DNA of 63,169 nt, filler included, from Diploschistes diacapsis (taxonomy: Eukaryota), in NCBI GenBank assembly GCA_023645945.1. It is 16 parts of 16 records of this genome, joined end to end, with 100 filler letters (N's around TTAATTAATTAA, not from the genome) between each part and the next. Parts side by side here need not be neighbours in the genome. Positions count along the whole stretch, not along the records: positions 25,704 to 27,099 come from JALAIB010003170.1; positions 27,200 to 28,593 come from JALAIB010003171.1; positions 28,694 to 30,087 come from JALAIB010003172.1; positions 30,188 to 31,581 come from JALAIB010003173.1; positions 31,682 to 33,073 come from JALAIB010003174.1; positions 33,174 to 34,565 come from JALAIB010003175.1; positions 34,666 to 36,057 come from JALAIB010003176.1; positions 36,158 to 37,549 come from JALAIB010003177.1; 8 more parts are not named here. One strand, given 5' to 3'. Positions within the stretch are counted from its first letter, which is position 1. Each line of letters begins with the position of its first letter. Below, piece after piece: positions 25,704 to 36,287 of the stretch. The position numbers and the translations under genes are program-made. The notes below the pieces were generated by a model. That model saw only the letters and a list, made by a program, of their open reading frames with translations, did no database searches and was not told the DNA's origin.

Positions 25704-26082
25704 GCAATAACGTTCTATATTTAAGATATATAATGTATATATCTAGACTAAAAGTAAACCTTATATCGAAGTAAAAATTACATAAAATAGGATTACGGGA
25801 GAGTTTTAATCAAAAAGATTTATATTTATACGACGAGAACGATCGAATCATTCTTATACATAAAAAAAAGAATAAAGTTTATTACTCGAGCAAGGTTATA
25901 AAAAAAACATACGTATAAAACAATTACGTACCTAATAATTAAACCTAAACCTGAACTAAACCCAGAAGTTCAGTCTAATAAAAACAGTTATCAGCTATAG
26001 CACGCACGCATAATCCATATAAGACCCAAGAAGCTCTAGAACCTGCATAAAATTATAATTCTCGTTAATTTTATCCGTATCG
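25704..26082 (+). mobile_element. RIP-mutated Ty1/copia pol fragment (GAG-pre-integrase)
   Basis: Near 25989 the frame reads YQL*HARIIHIRPKKL*NLHK, a mutated LWHARMGH motif. Confidence 0.7.
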
Positions 26083-27099
26083 TGTTATGATCTCTATCTC
26101 TACAAGGTAGACATAAGGTATTGATCAAGGTAGGTTTGGTCTCGTTTAGAAGAGGAGTGCAAGCAGGAGAAGAAGGTAGAGCAGTTATAGGTCTTAGATT
26201 ATTTCTGGAAAGAAGGCTTTCTAATGATAGAAGTAACGAATATAAATTGATCCCGAGTAATGATTAAGGATGTCTATAAAAGTAAACACGCGCTAAATTC
26301 GTGGAGGCCATAACGACATTCTTATATAATTTAAATTAATAATCAATTATCGACAGCAAGCTGTCGCGACAGCGCTATTATTGACAAATAATTATCCGAG
26401 CAGATCTATTCCCGATAAATATCTGTTAACGGATATTTATTAATTACGTAACCCGCGTTATCGTGATTGGCTATATATAGAAAGCTGGGACGTATTAAAT
26501 CTAATACTTAAATCGTAATATTATCCCTTTCCTTTAATATTATCGGCCCGATGATTCGTCGAAAAGTCTAATATAAATATTAAATAAAAAAAATCCTAAG
26601 TCGTGGGTAACGATATCTTCTTTAACTTCTCGTAATTATAAACTTACCGATCGAATCTTCCGATCCGATAAAACTATTAACTTTTTTTGTTTTTATTATT
26701 TCGTTTTTTATAATTATATTATCATACCGTCTATTTCTTCTCGTTGCGAAAGATGCGCTCGTTTTAATCGAAAAAATTATATATCGACATCTTAAAAGGT
26801 TATAGATAGGATACGCGTTCAAACGGAATCTAGGCTAGAATTAAAAGAAAAGAAAAGGCGAAAGTTCTTTTCTTAATTAATAGAACACGAAGCTCGTATC
26901 GAGAAATTACGAAAGATTTTTAAATTAATTAAAAAGAAATTTATAGAACAGGCGAAGTACCTTATTAATTAATTAAACGAAGAAGCGGAAACGGTTAGCG
27001 ATTTAAACAATAATATGGTATTTATAGGCTCCTCGTAAAATCTTTAGTTCTTAACGGCTATATCGCCATCGTAAATAAACTGGAAGTTAAGAAATGGTA
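26083..27099 (-). mobile_element. LTR family A (26083-26520) with polypurine tract and 3' internal sequence
   Basis: TGTTATGATCTCTATC terminus shared with 27754, 40148 and 27342 (reverse). AAAGGAAAGGGATAA on - at 26521-26535 abuts the LTR as a PPT. Confidence 0.75.
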
Positions 27100-27199
27100 N
27101 NNNNNNNNNNNNNNNNNNNNNNNNNNNNNNNNNNNNNNNNNNNTTAATTAATTAANNNNNNNNNNNNNNNNNNNNNNNNNNNNNNNNNNNNNNNNNNNN

Positions 27200-27342
27200 A
27201 TTAGAGAGTTTTCTTTTTAAAGATAGTTTAAGATCTGTAACTGTTTTACCTTCTTCTCCTGCTTACATTCCTTTTCTAAACGAGACCAAACCCACCTTGA
27301 TTAATACCTCGTGTCTACCTTGTAGAGATAGAGATCATAACA
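27200..27342 (+). mobile_element. Partial LTR family A, opposite orientation
   Basis: Ends GAGATAGAGATCATAACA, the reverse complement of the 26083/27754 termini. Confidence 0.8.
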
Positions 27343-27753
27343 ATTTCGGGACCTAAATTATTATATTAACGTTATAATCGTTTAAATATTTAATATATTT
27401 GCGTATCGGTAGGCCTATTAATCCCGTAAATGTTCTCTCGAGTTAAATAATGGTTTAAATTCGTTCTTTATGCGCCGAATCGAGTTAAAAGATTTATAGA
27501 AGTAAGTACGTTCTGATCGTAAGCGAGTTAAACGTCGAATATAAGCCGGCGCAGTTCCGGGATAAAGAAACTAAATATTTATTAGATATCATTAGTAGGT
27601 AAAATCTTTAGTCTATTGAGCAGAAGAGATTCACGAGCTCGTAGACCCGTTTTGCTCTCGGAGCCGAGCAGGTAGTATAAGTAAATCTTTTAAAAGAAAG
27701 GCCAGAACAAGGGGGTCAGGCAAGTATCACTTTAGCAATCACCAGGTTCCGGG

Positions 27754-28210
27754 TGTTATGATCTCTATCTCTACAAGGTAGGCACGAGGTATTGATCAAG
27801 GTAGGTTTGGTCTCGTTTAGAAGAGGAGTGCAAGCAGGAGAAGAAGGTAGAGCAGTTATAGGTTTTAGACTATTTTTAGAAAGAAGGCTTTTTAATAATA
27901 AAAATAACGAATATAAATTAATCCCGAATAATAACTAAGAATATTTATAAAAATAAACACGTCTCGAATTTATAAAAATTATAACGACGTTTTTATATAA
28001 TCAATAACTCTTTCAGTAGAATAATTAAGTAATTGAATAGAATTACCGTTCTACCCGATTACCTACAGCTGAGTAGTCCGGCCCCCCAGGCTTACTACCC
28101 GTCACGTGACCCGTGTCACCCTGGTTAGACTATATACAAGGAATGGTTGGGAAGTGCCCGACTAGCTGTTGCGTGCCAAGTACTAGCGACTAGTACCTTA
28201 GATCGTAACA
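27754..28210 (-). mobile_element. Complete LTR family A copy (~457 bp)
   Basis: TGTTATGATC...GATCGTAACA inverted termini. Flanks CCGGG / CCCGT are not a perfect TSD. Confidence 0.8.
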
Positions 28211-28593
28211 CCCGTAACGTATTTTAAATATCGTTTTCTATTTTTCGTTTTCTTTTATCCTTATGAAATTAAAGTTTGCTCGTTAATCTAGCTTCGTGTA
28301 CTATAATACGTCATATAATCGATCTCGTAATTCTTAAATGTTCGATATGGGGTAATGGTTTTTCACGGTGATAACGTTAAGCTTCCGGAAGTTAATATAG
28401 GGTTAAAAAGTTTATCTTTTTTTACCGTTAGGTTTCGGCACGAAAATGATTGGAAATAATGCTAATAATTTGGATTTATGAATGTATCCTTTTTTAAACA
28501 TTTCTTGAAGATATTGCTTAAGAAATTTCAGCTTTATTACTAATGTTTTATAAAAAAGTCCAAATTTTGGGGTTTTTTCGTCCATAAGTTCGA
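28211..28593 (-). mobile_element. RIP-mutated Ty3/gypsy reverse transcriptase fragment
   Basis: Minus strand reads PIIFVPKPNGKK...FRKLNVITVKNHYPISNI*ELRDRL...YTKLD. Confidence 0.85.
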
Positions 28594-28959
28594 NNNNNNN
28601 NNNNNNNNNNNNNNNNNNNNNNNNNNNNNNNNNNNNNTTAATTAATTAANNNNNNNNNNNNNNNNNNNNNNNNNNNNNNNNNNNNNNNNNNNNGATTAGT
28701 TCATGAATACTATGACCATTACTATCACACTACTGCATTTCATCCTTTACAAAGGACGTAGTCCATCTCTTTACTTTTAAGATATATGCGTATGAGTTCG
28801 AACCATTACTATTAATTTTCTTTATTCAAAATGGGAGCAACCCGTTTCTTAAATAAAATATCGTTTATCTTATTACTTTGTTCGTAAAAAAAAGATTTGT
28901 TAAATAAATAACTCGTAGTTAATAAGTGATTAATAAATAATATAAAGGATAATTTTCTA

Positions 28960-29478
28960 TAATAAAAATGAAGGTAATCGAATGGATTTGGCGGTTTAGT
29001 TGAACTTTAATAATTATCAAATAATCGAATATATTCAACGGCAGTACAATTAAAGATCGATGATTAATTAAGGGATCGAATAGGTCCAGTAACGAGAATA
29101 ACGATTCGACTAGATTTCGAAGATTGATAAAAGATCGATGAAATTCAGTACTAATTTCGCTAAACTTCGATTGTTATCGAGAAAAGAAGGGGTTCGGAAG
29201 TTTTTCGTTGGCCTATATAATCATATCTGGATCCAATTTCTTCTTATTTAAATATACTTTATACCACCGTAATAATGCCCCGCGTTGTTTTAAAATAATA
29301 TAATTTCTACCTTTGAATCTACTTACCCTAAAATTTTATAATTTAGATCCTAAGCTTTCGAATCTCTTCGGTTTAATTTACGATAAATAACATAATCGAT
29401 ACCCGCGTTCGTAACCGTATAAATTACCGGGAGATTTACTTTAATAAACGATAAACGTAATAAAACAAATATTAACCC
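28960..29478 (-). mobile_element. Internal region of LTR family B element (second copy)
   Basis: Reverse complement aligns by eye with 30640-31150, including the 60-bp repeat region. Confidence 0.65.
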
Positions 29479-29648
29479 TGTAACACCCGCAGTGTGCGCA
29501 CCGGGGTTCAGGTCCCCATGCTGCCACAGCCACGCATCTACATATAGTGTAATAGGAAACAGTGCTTCGGAGTTACTGAAAGCATTGTGGTTAGTCTTCT
29601 GGCTCAGCGGGATAGCGCTACCTATTAGGCACTACCCCCGCTGTTACA
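29479..29648. mobile_element. Short solo LTR, family C (170 bp)
   Basis: TGTAAC...GTTACA termini. Nearly identical over its last ~130 bp to 36911-37074. Confidence 0.8.
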
Positions 29649-30064
29649 ATTTGGCCATATAACGGCTAGTTTTCGCTTCATTTAAAATGACTGAAAAATG
29701 AAGAAAGAGGTCACACCACGACAGTATAACGTCGAAGAAGATTTTTTTGTATTTTTAATGAAATCTACGCAAATAACCCCCCACAATAGTATATTAAAAA
29801 AATATTTTTTGCTACGTTATGATAGATTTTGAAAGGTTAAAAAACCTGCTTTTTCAAGTAGTGATTTTTATTTCGCTTAAAAAAGTTATCTGCTGACGTA
29901 ATCAATGTGCACTTTTTAAATATGATAAAAACATGGTCGAAAAACAATACTTCGTTAAAAAAACAAAAATAGCGGCTAATTTCAATGAATTATTAATCAT
30001 TTAAAACATTTCTTGGCAAAAGTGGCCGGAATCTGGGGGTGGCCGGAATCCCCGTGAAACACGT
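29649..30064. mobile_element. Fot1/pogo-family element end
   Basis: TIR at 30022-30064 identical to 808-850 and followed by TA. The subterminal sequence differs from the other copies. Confidence 0.8.
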
Positions 30065-30384
30065 TACATTAATAACGAGTATTGTACNNNNNNNNNNNNN
30101 NNNNNNNNNNNNNNNNNNNNNNNNNNNNNNNTTAATTAATTAANNNNNNNNNNNNNNNNNNNNNNNNNNNNNNNNNNNNNNNNNNNNCCATTCAGCCTAC
30201 AGATTGCAGCTACACGTGATCCTTCCAGATTAGGCCCAGCCCCTGGTTGTGTAGTATTCCTGTAGGGGCGTTCTACTTTCGTTCTTTAAAAAGAGATTTT
30301 TATTCGCCGGAATTCTTTTATACGTTTAGCGACGTTTTCGCGTTCTAATTCTCGCTGCTTATATTCGAAAAAAAAGAAGGAATT

Positions 30385-31320
30385 TGTTGAGCAGACAGGC
30401 AGAAGGCATGGCTGGGAGTTCGACTGAGTTCCAGAGGGAGGTCCTGTTCAGCTGAACTCTGAGGTTCAGTTCAGCTGAACCTCCTGGAATTCCAACTAAA
30501 CCGATTAAGGAATAATATAAATAATAAGACTTAGCGTATCCCACGAAAATAAAAGTTTACAAAATAAAATAACTTCTTAAAATAAACCTTTAGATTTCAA
30601 TATATCCATTACGTTATTAAACAGGTTATAAGCCCGGATTTACACTTACTTTATTATACTTAATCGTGTATTAAAATTACGTCTCCCGATAACTAATACG
30701 GACACGAGCGCGGGCACCGATTACGTTACTTAACGTAAATTAAATCGAAAAGATCCGAAAGCTTAAGATCTAAATCATAAAACCCTAAAATAAACCGATT
30801 CAAAAATAGAAGATATATTATTATAAAAGATCGCGGGACTTTATTACGTTAACCAAAGATAGGCCTAAATAAGAAATACTTGGATCCAGATTATTATCCA
30901 TACAGATTAAAGAAAAACCTTTTTTCTTTCTCGATAAAGATCGAAGTTTAATTAAATCTAATGTTGAACCTTATCGATCATTTGGATAACCTTCGACACC
31001 TAATAGAGCCGTTACCTTCTCTATTGAACCTAGTTGAATCTCTTATCAACCTTCGAAATCCAGCAGAATTGCTATCTTCGCTACTGGATCCTTTTCGATC
31101 TTTTGACAATTATCGACTTTTAGCTTTACCTTTATTGAAACTTTTTAATCCTTTATTAACCTTCGATAATTAGTAGTACTGCTACCTTCGCTGCTAGATT
31201 TTTTTCGATCCTTCGTTAATCTTCGACATCTAACAGTACCGTTACCTACGTTGCTGAACTTAGTCGAAACCTTCGACAACTATTGAGAATTTAGTTGAAC
31301 CTTTGTTGAACCCTTTCGAC
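30385..31320 (+). mobile_element. LTR family B element: 5' LTR (30385-30623), copia-type PBS and internal region
   Basis: TGTTGA...AACA LTR immediately followed by GGTTATAAGCCC (30624-30635), matching the GGTTATGAGCCC-type PBS of fungal copia elements. Confidence 0.75.
30961..31320. repeat. Degenerate ~60-bp tandem repeat, about 6 units
   Basis: Successive 60-nt blocks share TTGAACC...CCTTCGA...GTTACCTTCG. One unit is ~10 bp short. Confidence 0.7.
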
Positions 31321-31581
31321 TAGGCTGGCCGTCACTGACACTGACACGGCCGTGTCAGTGACACGGATATTAATAGTGTCAGTGTTAATGTTTTAGATTT
31401 TTTAGCTGTAGTGTCCGTATCCGTGGATTCACGGAAGTGTAATGTCCGTATTAATGTCAATTAGGCTGGCCGTCACTGACACTGACAGTGTCAGTGTCCG
31501 TGTTTTAGATTTTTTAACTGCGGTATCCGTGTCCGTGGATTCACGGAAATACAGTATCCGTATTAATATAAATATTTTAAG
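31321..31581 (+). mobile_element. Two nested ends of the hAT-type MITE
   Basis: TAGGCTGGCCGTCACTGACACTGACA occurs at 31321 and again at 31462. Confidence 0.85.
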
Positions 31582-31681
31582 NNNNNNNNNNNNNNNNNNN
31601 NNNNNNNNNNNNNNNNNNNNNNNNNTTAATTAATTAANNNNNNNNNNNNNNNNNNNNNNNNNNNNNNNNNNNNNNNNNNNN

Positions 31682-32431
31682 CTTATATAATATAATAAAT
31701 ATACTTTCTATATTTGTTATTCAACGGTTATATTCTTGAACAATTTTTTTTATAAAAGGATGGTAGTTTATTTAATTTAATGTCGTGATAGTGGTCTATG
31801 GTATCTAAATAATCCTAGCTTGCTTATCGCTTATGCATTATTTCGATTATTAATGTTATTTTAATAACAATTTTTTTTGTTTTTTTGACGAGGGCATCTT
31901 TTCTCGCCTCTATTATCTGGCTTTTTTTAAGTTTTATATCTTATTTCATTTTTAGTAATATGTTTTTTATTATTTCTGATATATCCTTTAATATAGATTC
32001 GAAACCATCTTTTTATTCTAACGATTCGCCTACTAATGTTTTATCTTTAGACTACGAGTTTCGTTTTTGCTGTTCGGTATGATCTAAATCTTTTTTATTA
32101 AGTAAAGTAGTTTTAAATCGTTCATTTCTTTTTTTTCCTTTATTTTCTTTTTTTTTAATTTAGTTACGTGGGTTTGTTCTGCGTGTACGTTGCGAAGAAC
32201 GTGCTATCTTGTCGGATCGTCGTCTTTAAGAAAGGTAGAATAATTAGAACTGTAAATGATGGAATACGATAATGTGGTAAGATGGCTGTACGTAGGGCAT
32301 ATTCATGCTAGGACTAATTATTAAAGAAGAGGAGAGAATAAGAAGGGCAAAATCCCTCTTCAAGTACCCGCAAGCCAAGACCCTAAGTGCCGCTTGTCCG
32401 ACTATTGGCATGCTCCTTGCTTGGCCTTACA
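31682..32431 (-). mobile_element. Probable short LTR (32287-32431) and downstream gag-like relic, inserted in a Fot1 end
   Basis: On - reads TGTAAGG...CGTACA, followed by a basic coiled-coil-like mutated frame (ARSSQRTRRTNPR...). Confidence 0.45.
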
Positions 32432-32519
32432 AGGTTATATTTAAAAACTATAGGATGTTAACGGTAGTAATTTGAGGTGGCCGGACTCTAGGGGTGGCCG
32501 GACTCACCGTCAAACACGT
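32432..32519 (+). mobile_element. Fot1/pogo 3' end (variant TIR)
   Basis: GTGGCCGGACTCTAGGGGTGGCCGGACTCACCGTCAAACACGT followed by TA. The subterminal sequence matches the reverse complement of 38621-38665. Confidence 0.8.
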
Positions 32520-32688
32520 TATTAAACTAAGGTTTTTAGGAACGTCCCCTTTCTTTGATTATGCAGTAGCTAGAGCTTACTTCGTTCTTTATTTTATTCT
32601 TCTTTAACTCTGTTAATCAGACTGAGATCGAATTTTAATTAAACGTGTGGATTTAGTCCCTAAATTTTCCCTCTATTAATTTAAAACT

Positions 32689-32810
32689 ACATCACGAAAA
32701 GTTTTTGGCGGCGAAACACCGCAAAAATTCGCGAAGTTGGCGAAACTGGCGAAACTAGCGAAACTAGCGAAACAGGCGAAACTGACAAAAACCGGCGAAG
32801 ATGGCGAGGC
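32689..32810 (+). repeat. Terminus of unclassified element with 9-bp GGCGAAAC(T/C) array
   Basis: ACATCACGAAAAGTTTTTGGCGGCGAAAC start is shared exactly with 37378, followed by tandem GGCGAAACT units. Confidence 0.75.
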
Positions 32811-33173
32811 CAATCATTTTTTTACTAATATATTACGTAAGCAAAAAAAATTAGTGATTATATTATAATATTAATAATATTAATAATATTAATTAATTAA
32901 TGATTATATAATCATAATTACTTAATTATTTAATTATTATTATTATTATTATTATATTATTAAGTATTTTCGCTAAGTTAATAAATTATTTATAATATTC
33001 GAATTGATTAGTACTAGTGGTATCGGATTTAACGGGGTTGAACAGGTACTATATATTGTCGCGAAAATATTAANNNNNNNNNNNNNNNNNNNNNNNNNNN
33101 NNNNNNNNNNNNNNNNNTTAATTAATTAANNNNNNNNNNNNNNNNNNNNNNNNNNNNNNNNNNNNNNNNNNNN

Positions 33174-33418
33174 ATAATATTTCGATAGATTTACCGTAGT
33201 GTTTCGATAAATTTACGGAAATATCGTGTCCGTGTTAATATTAATGTTTTAAAATTTTTAATTATAATATCCGTGTTCGTGCTTTTACTGCAGTGTAGTG
33301 TCCGTGTTAGTATCCGTGTTTTAAAATTTTAGCTGTCGTGTCCGTGTCAGTGTCCGTGTTTTGAAAATTTTTGCTGTAGTGTCCGTGTCAGTGACCGTGG
33401 CACGAAACGGCCAGCCTA
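33174..33418 (+). mobile_element. hAT-type MITE, one end
   Basis: GTGTCC/GTGTCA arrays ending GTGGCACGAAACGGCCAGCCTA. Confidence 0.85.
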
Positions 33419-34665
33419 AGGTATCCTCTGGTCGAGCTTGATTTAGATTATTAAATAAATTTGTTTTCGATGCTAGTCTCTTCTAGAGATGACAGATCTA
33501 AGAAATCTTAATCAAAAATGTCTTCCGAGACACTAAATAATAATAAATAGCTTCAAACTAGGCCCCAATTAACTATAAAAGGACCGAAGGACGAGCTCGA
33601 TACATAAAGCTAGATCTTGATTGTAACCTAATTAGAAAATATAGAAAGGAATAAAACAATACATAGAGCAGGCTCTGAACGCTACAGATTGGAAGGAAAG
33701 GGAAGTTCTTCAAAGATCAAGCTTTAATATGAACTCTGGTCCACGAAAGAGGACTAGTGCAGAAAAACAATCTCTGCTAGAGCTATATGCTGCTCTGGGA
33801 ATTAGAAAACCAACTCGTTGTTATCATTTGCTATACAGCTTCAAATTAGTGTGTGAAAAAGATAGATTTCAAAAGCTACTGAGGGCAGCGAGCCCTTATA
33901 GCTACAATAGGTAGGTGGGTGCCCATAGCTATAGTAGGTGGGTGGATGCCCAGCGGCATCGCACCCGATGTCGTCACGAGCGACATCGGCAGAGGTAAGA
34001 ACAAGCGAGCTTCCTAATAGCTAATAGAATTATTATAATATTTACCAGGATAAAAAGCTTATGTCCCTATAAACAATAGTCCCAAACAGGTATTAAAACA
34101 ACGAGATAAATTCTCTAAGTTTTAATCTAAAATATCCTAGTAATATATCCTATATTGCTCTCCTTTTTCTTATTTTTAAAGCAATTCTGTTCTTTTATTA
34201 AGCTTGTTTTCACTTCGTAAATATAGCTTTAGTTTTATATTTCTTATAATTCTGCATTTACGGCGGTATTGTATCTCGTTTCGAACTCGGCGATCCGGTT
34301 TATTAAATATCGCTATAACTCTCGTTCGATGATTTATATATTATCGGTAGTATTATATCTTAATCATCGAATTAAATACTACGTATTTTATTTACGTCCC
34401 TTACGCATCCGGCGTTTAATTAATAATTATTTTATTTCGTATTTCTTATCGATCTCGATCGTTATAAATAATAACGATAAAAATCGTCAATAATAAAAGT
34501 TATTAATTAAATCTAATACCGGCTCGAGATACGCAATATTAATAATATCGTGAATATAATAATAANNNNNNNNNNNNNNNNNNNNNNNNNNNNNNNNNNN
34601 NNNNNNNNNTTAATTAATTAANNNNNNNNNNNNNNNNNNNNNNNNNNNNNNNNNNNNNNNNNNNN

Positions 34666-35032
34666 GCTTTAATGATATTCGTAATATTTTTATATCCGTA
34701 TTTTGGTGAATTATAATGTTGTCGTATATAATTCTATATCTTTTTTATAAGAATGTATAGTTTCCGTCGTGTTATTAGATATTGTTCTTATTAATCTTTT
34801 AGGATATTTATAATTGTTATAAATTCTCGAAAATCTATTGTGAATGATTTATTATTATTGATCTTTAATAATTTGGCTTGACGCGGTTTTTTTGTTATAT
34901 AGTTTGGTTGTTTGTTCAGCGCGTTAGTTTGTTCGTTTATTTTATTTGCGATTCTTTGATCGAATAACGGTATCGTTCGAGAATCTTTGACTAGCGAAAT
35001 TGTTTTGGATTGAATTTTTTTATTGTCGTGAA
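34666..35032 (-). mobile_element. RIP-mutated Ty3/gypsy RNase H region, target of the MITE insertion
   Basis: Aligns by eye with 39150-39425 and resumes at 35657-35679 after the MITE. Confidence 0.7.
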
Positions 35033-35648
35033 TAGGCTGGCCGTTTCGTGCCACGGACACTTCCACGGACACTATCGAGAAAATGTTTAAAACACGATAC
35101 TGCCACGGATACTACCGCTAAAATTTTAAAACACGGACACTTTCACGGACATTATATTATAATAAAAGCACGGACACGGACACTACGACTAAAAATTTTA
35201 AAGCACGGATACTTCTACGAATACTACCGCTAAAAATTTTAAAACACGATATTATCACGAATATTATATTATAATAAATTTATCGAAACATTACCGTGAA
35301 TCTGTTAAAACACCGCGATAAAAAAATAAAAACGTAAGAAATAAACGTGATAATTTTAGAATTATTAAAAAATAAATATTATTTAAAAGTGTTTCGGTAA
35401 ATATACGGACACGATAATAAATCTATTAACACGGATATTACGATTAAAAATTTTAAAACACGGATATTTCCACGAAAATTATATTATAATAAAAACACGG
35501 ACACGGATATTACGACTAAAAATTTTAAAACACGGACATTTCTACGGACATTATATTATAATAAAAGCACGGACACGGACATTACGACTAAAAATTTCAA
35601 AACACGGATACTGCCACGGCCGTGTCAGTATCCGTATCGGCCAGCCTA
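35033..35648 (-). mobile_element. Complete 616-bp non-autonomous hAT-type element (MITE)
   Basis: TIR TAGGCTGGCCG...CGGCCAGCCTA. Perfect 8-bp TSD GTCGTGAA at 35025-35032 and 35649-35656. Confidence 0.92.
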
Positions 35649-35679
35649 GTCGTGAACTTTAATAAGTTTATATGGTTTG

Positions 35680-36057
35680 TATTGAGCAGGCAGGCAGAAT
35701 GCATGGCTGGGAAGTTCAGCTGAACCTCAGGTTCAGGTTCAGTTCAGCTGAACCTACTAGAGTTCCTGTTAATCCTAATCGGGAGTAGTGTAAGTCTATA
35801 AAGCTTAATGGATCCTATTGGTATAAAAGCTTATATATAAATTATTCCTTCTAATTAAATCTCTAGATATCTAAATTTCAATACATGCGTTATTTAAAAA
35901 GATTATAAACCCGGATTAATTTACTATCCCGTCGCGTTTATGTATTAAAAATAATATCTCCGAATAAGTATTACCGTTATAATTACGGGATTTAATTACG
36001 CTACCTATTACAAATTAAATTAAAGAAATCTTAAGAATCTAAGATCTAAATTATAAC
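35680..36057 (+). mobile_element. LTR family B element, third copy (LTR, mutated PBS, internal start)
   Basis: TATTGAGCAGGCAGGCAGAA start, GATTATAAACCCGG at ~35901, downstream homology to 30640-30780. Confidence 0.75.
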
Positions 36058-36287
36058 NNNNNNNNNNNNNNNNNNNNNNNNNNNNNNNNNNNNNNNNNNN
36101 NTTAATTAATTAANNNNNNNNNNNNNNNNNNNNNNNNNNNNNNNNNNNNNNNNNNNNAAAAAGATATAAGATTGCATATAACAACATCATAATCCACCAG
36201 AATTGTAAAGGTTAATACTACAGTGTGACAACAAGGCAGATAAGTGGCTATTCAGTAGCTAGATCTTTGCTAGACGATAGATGTATT

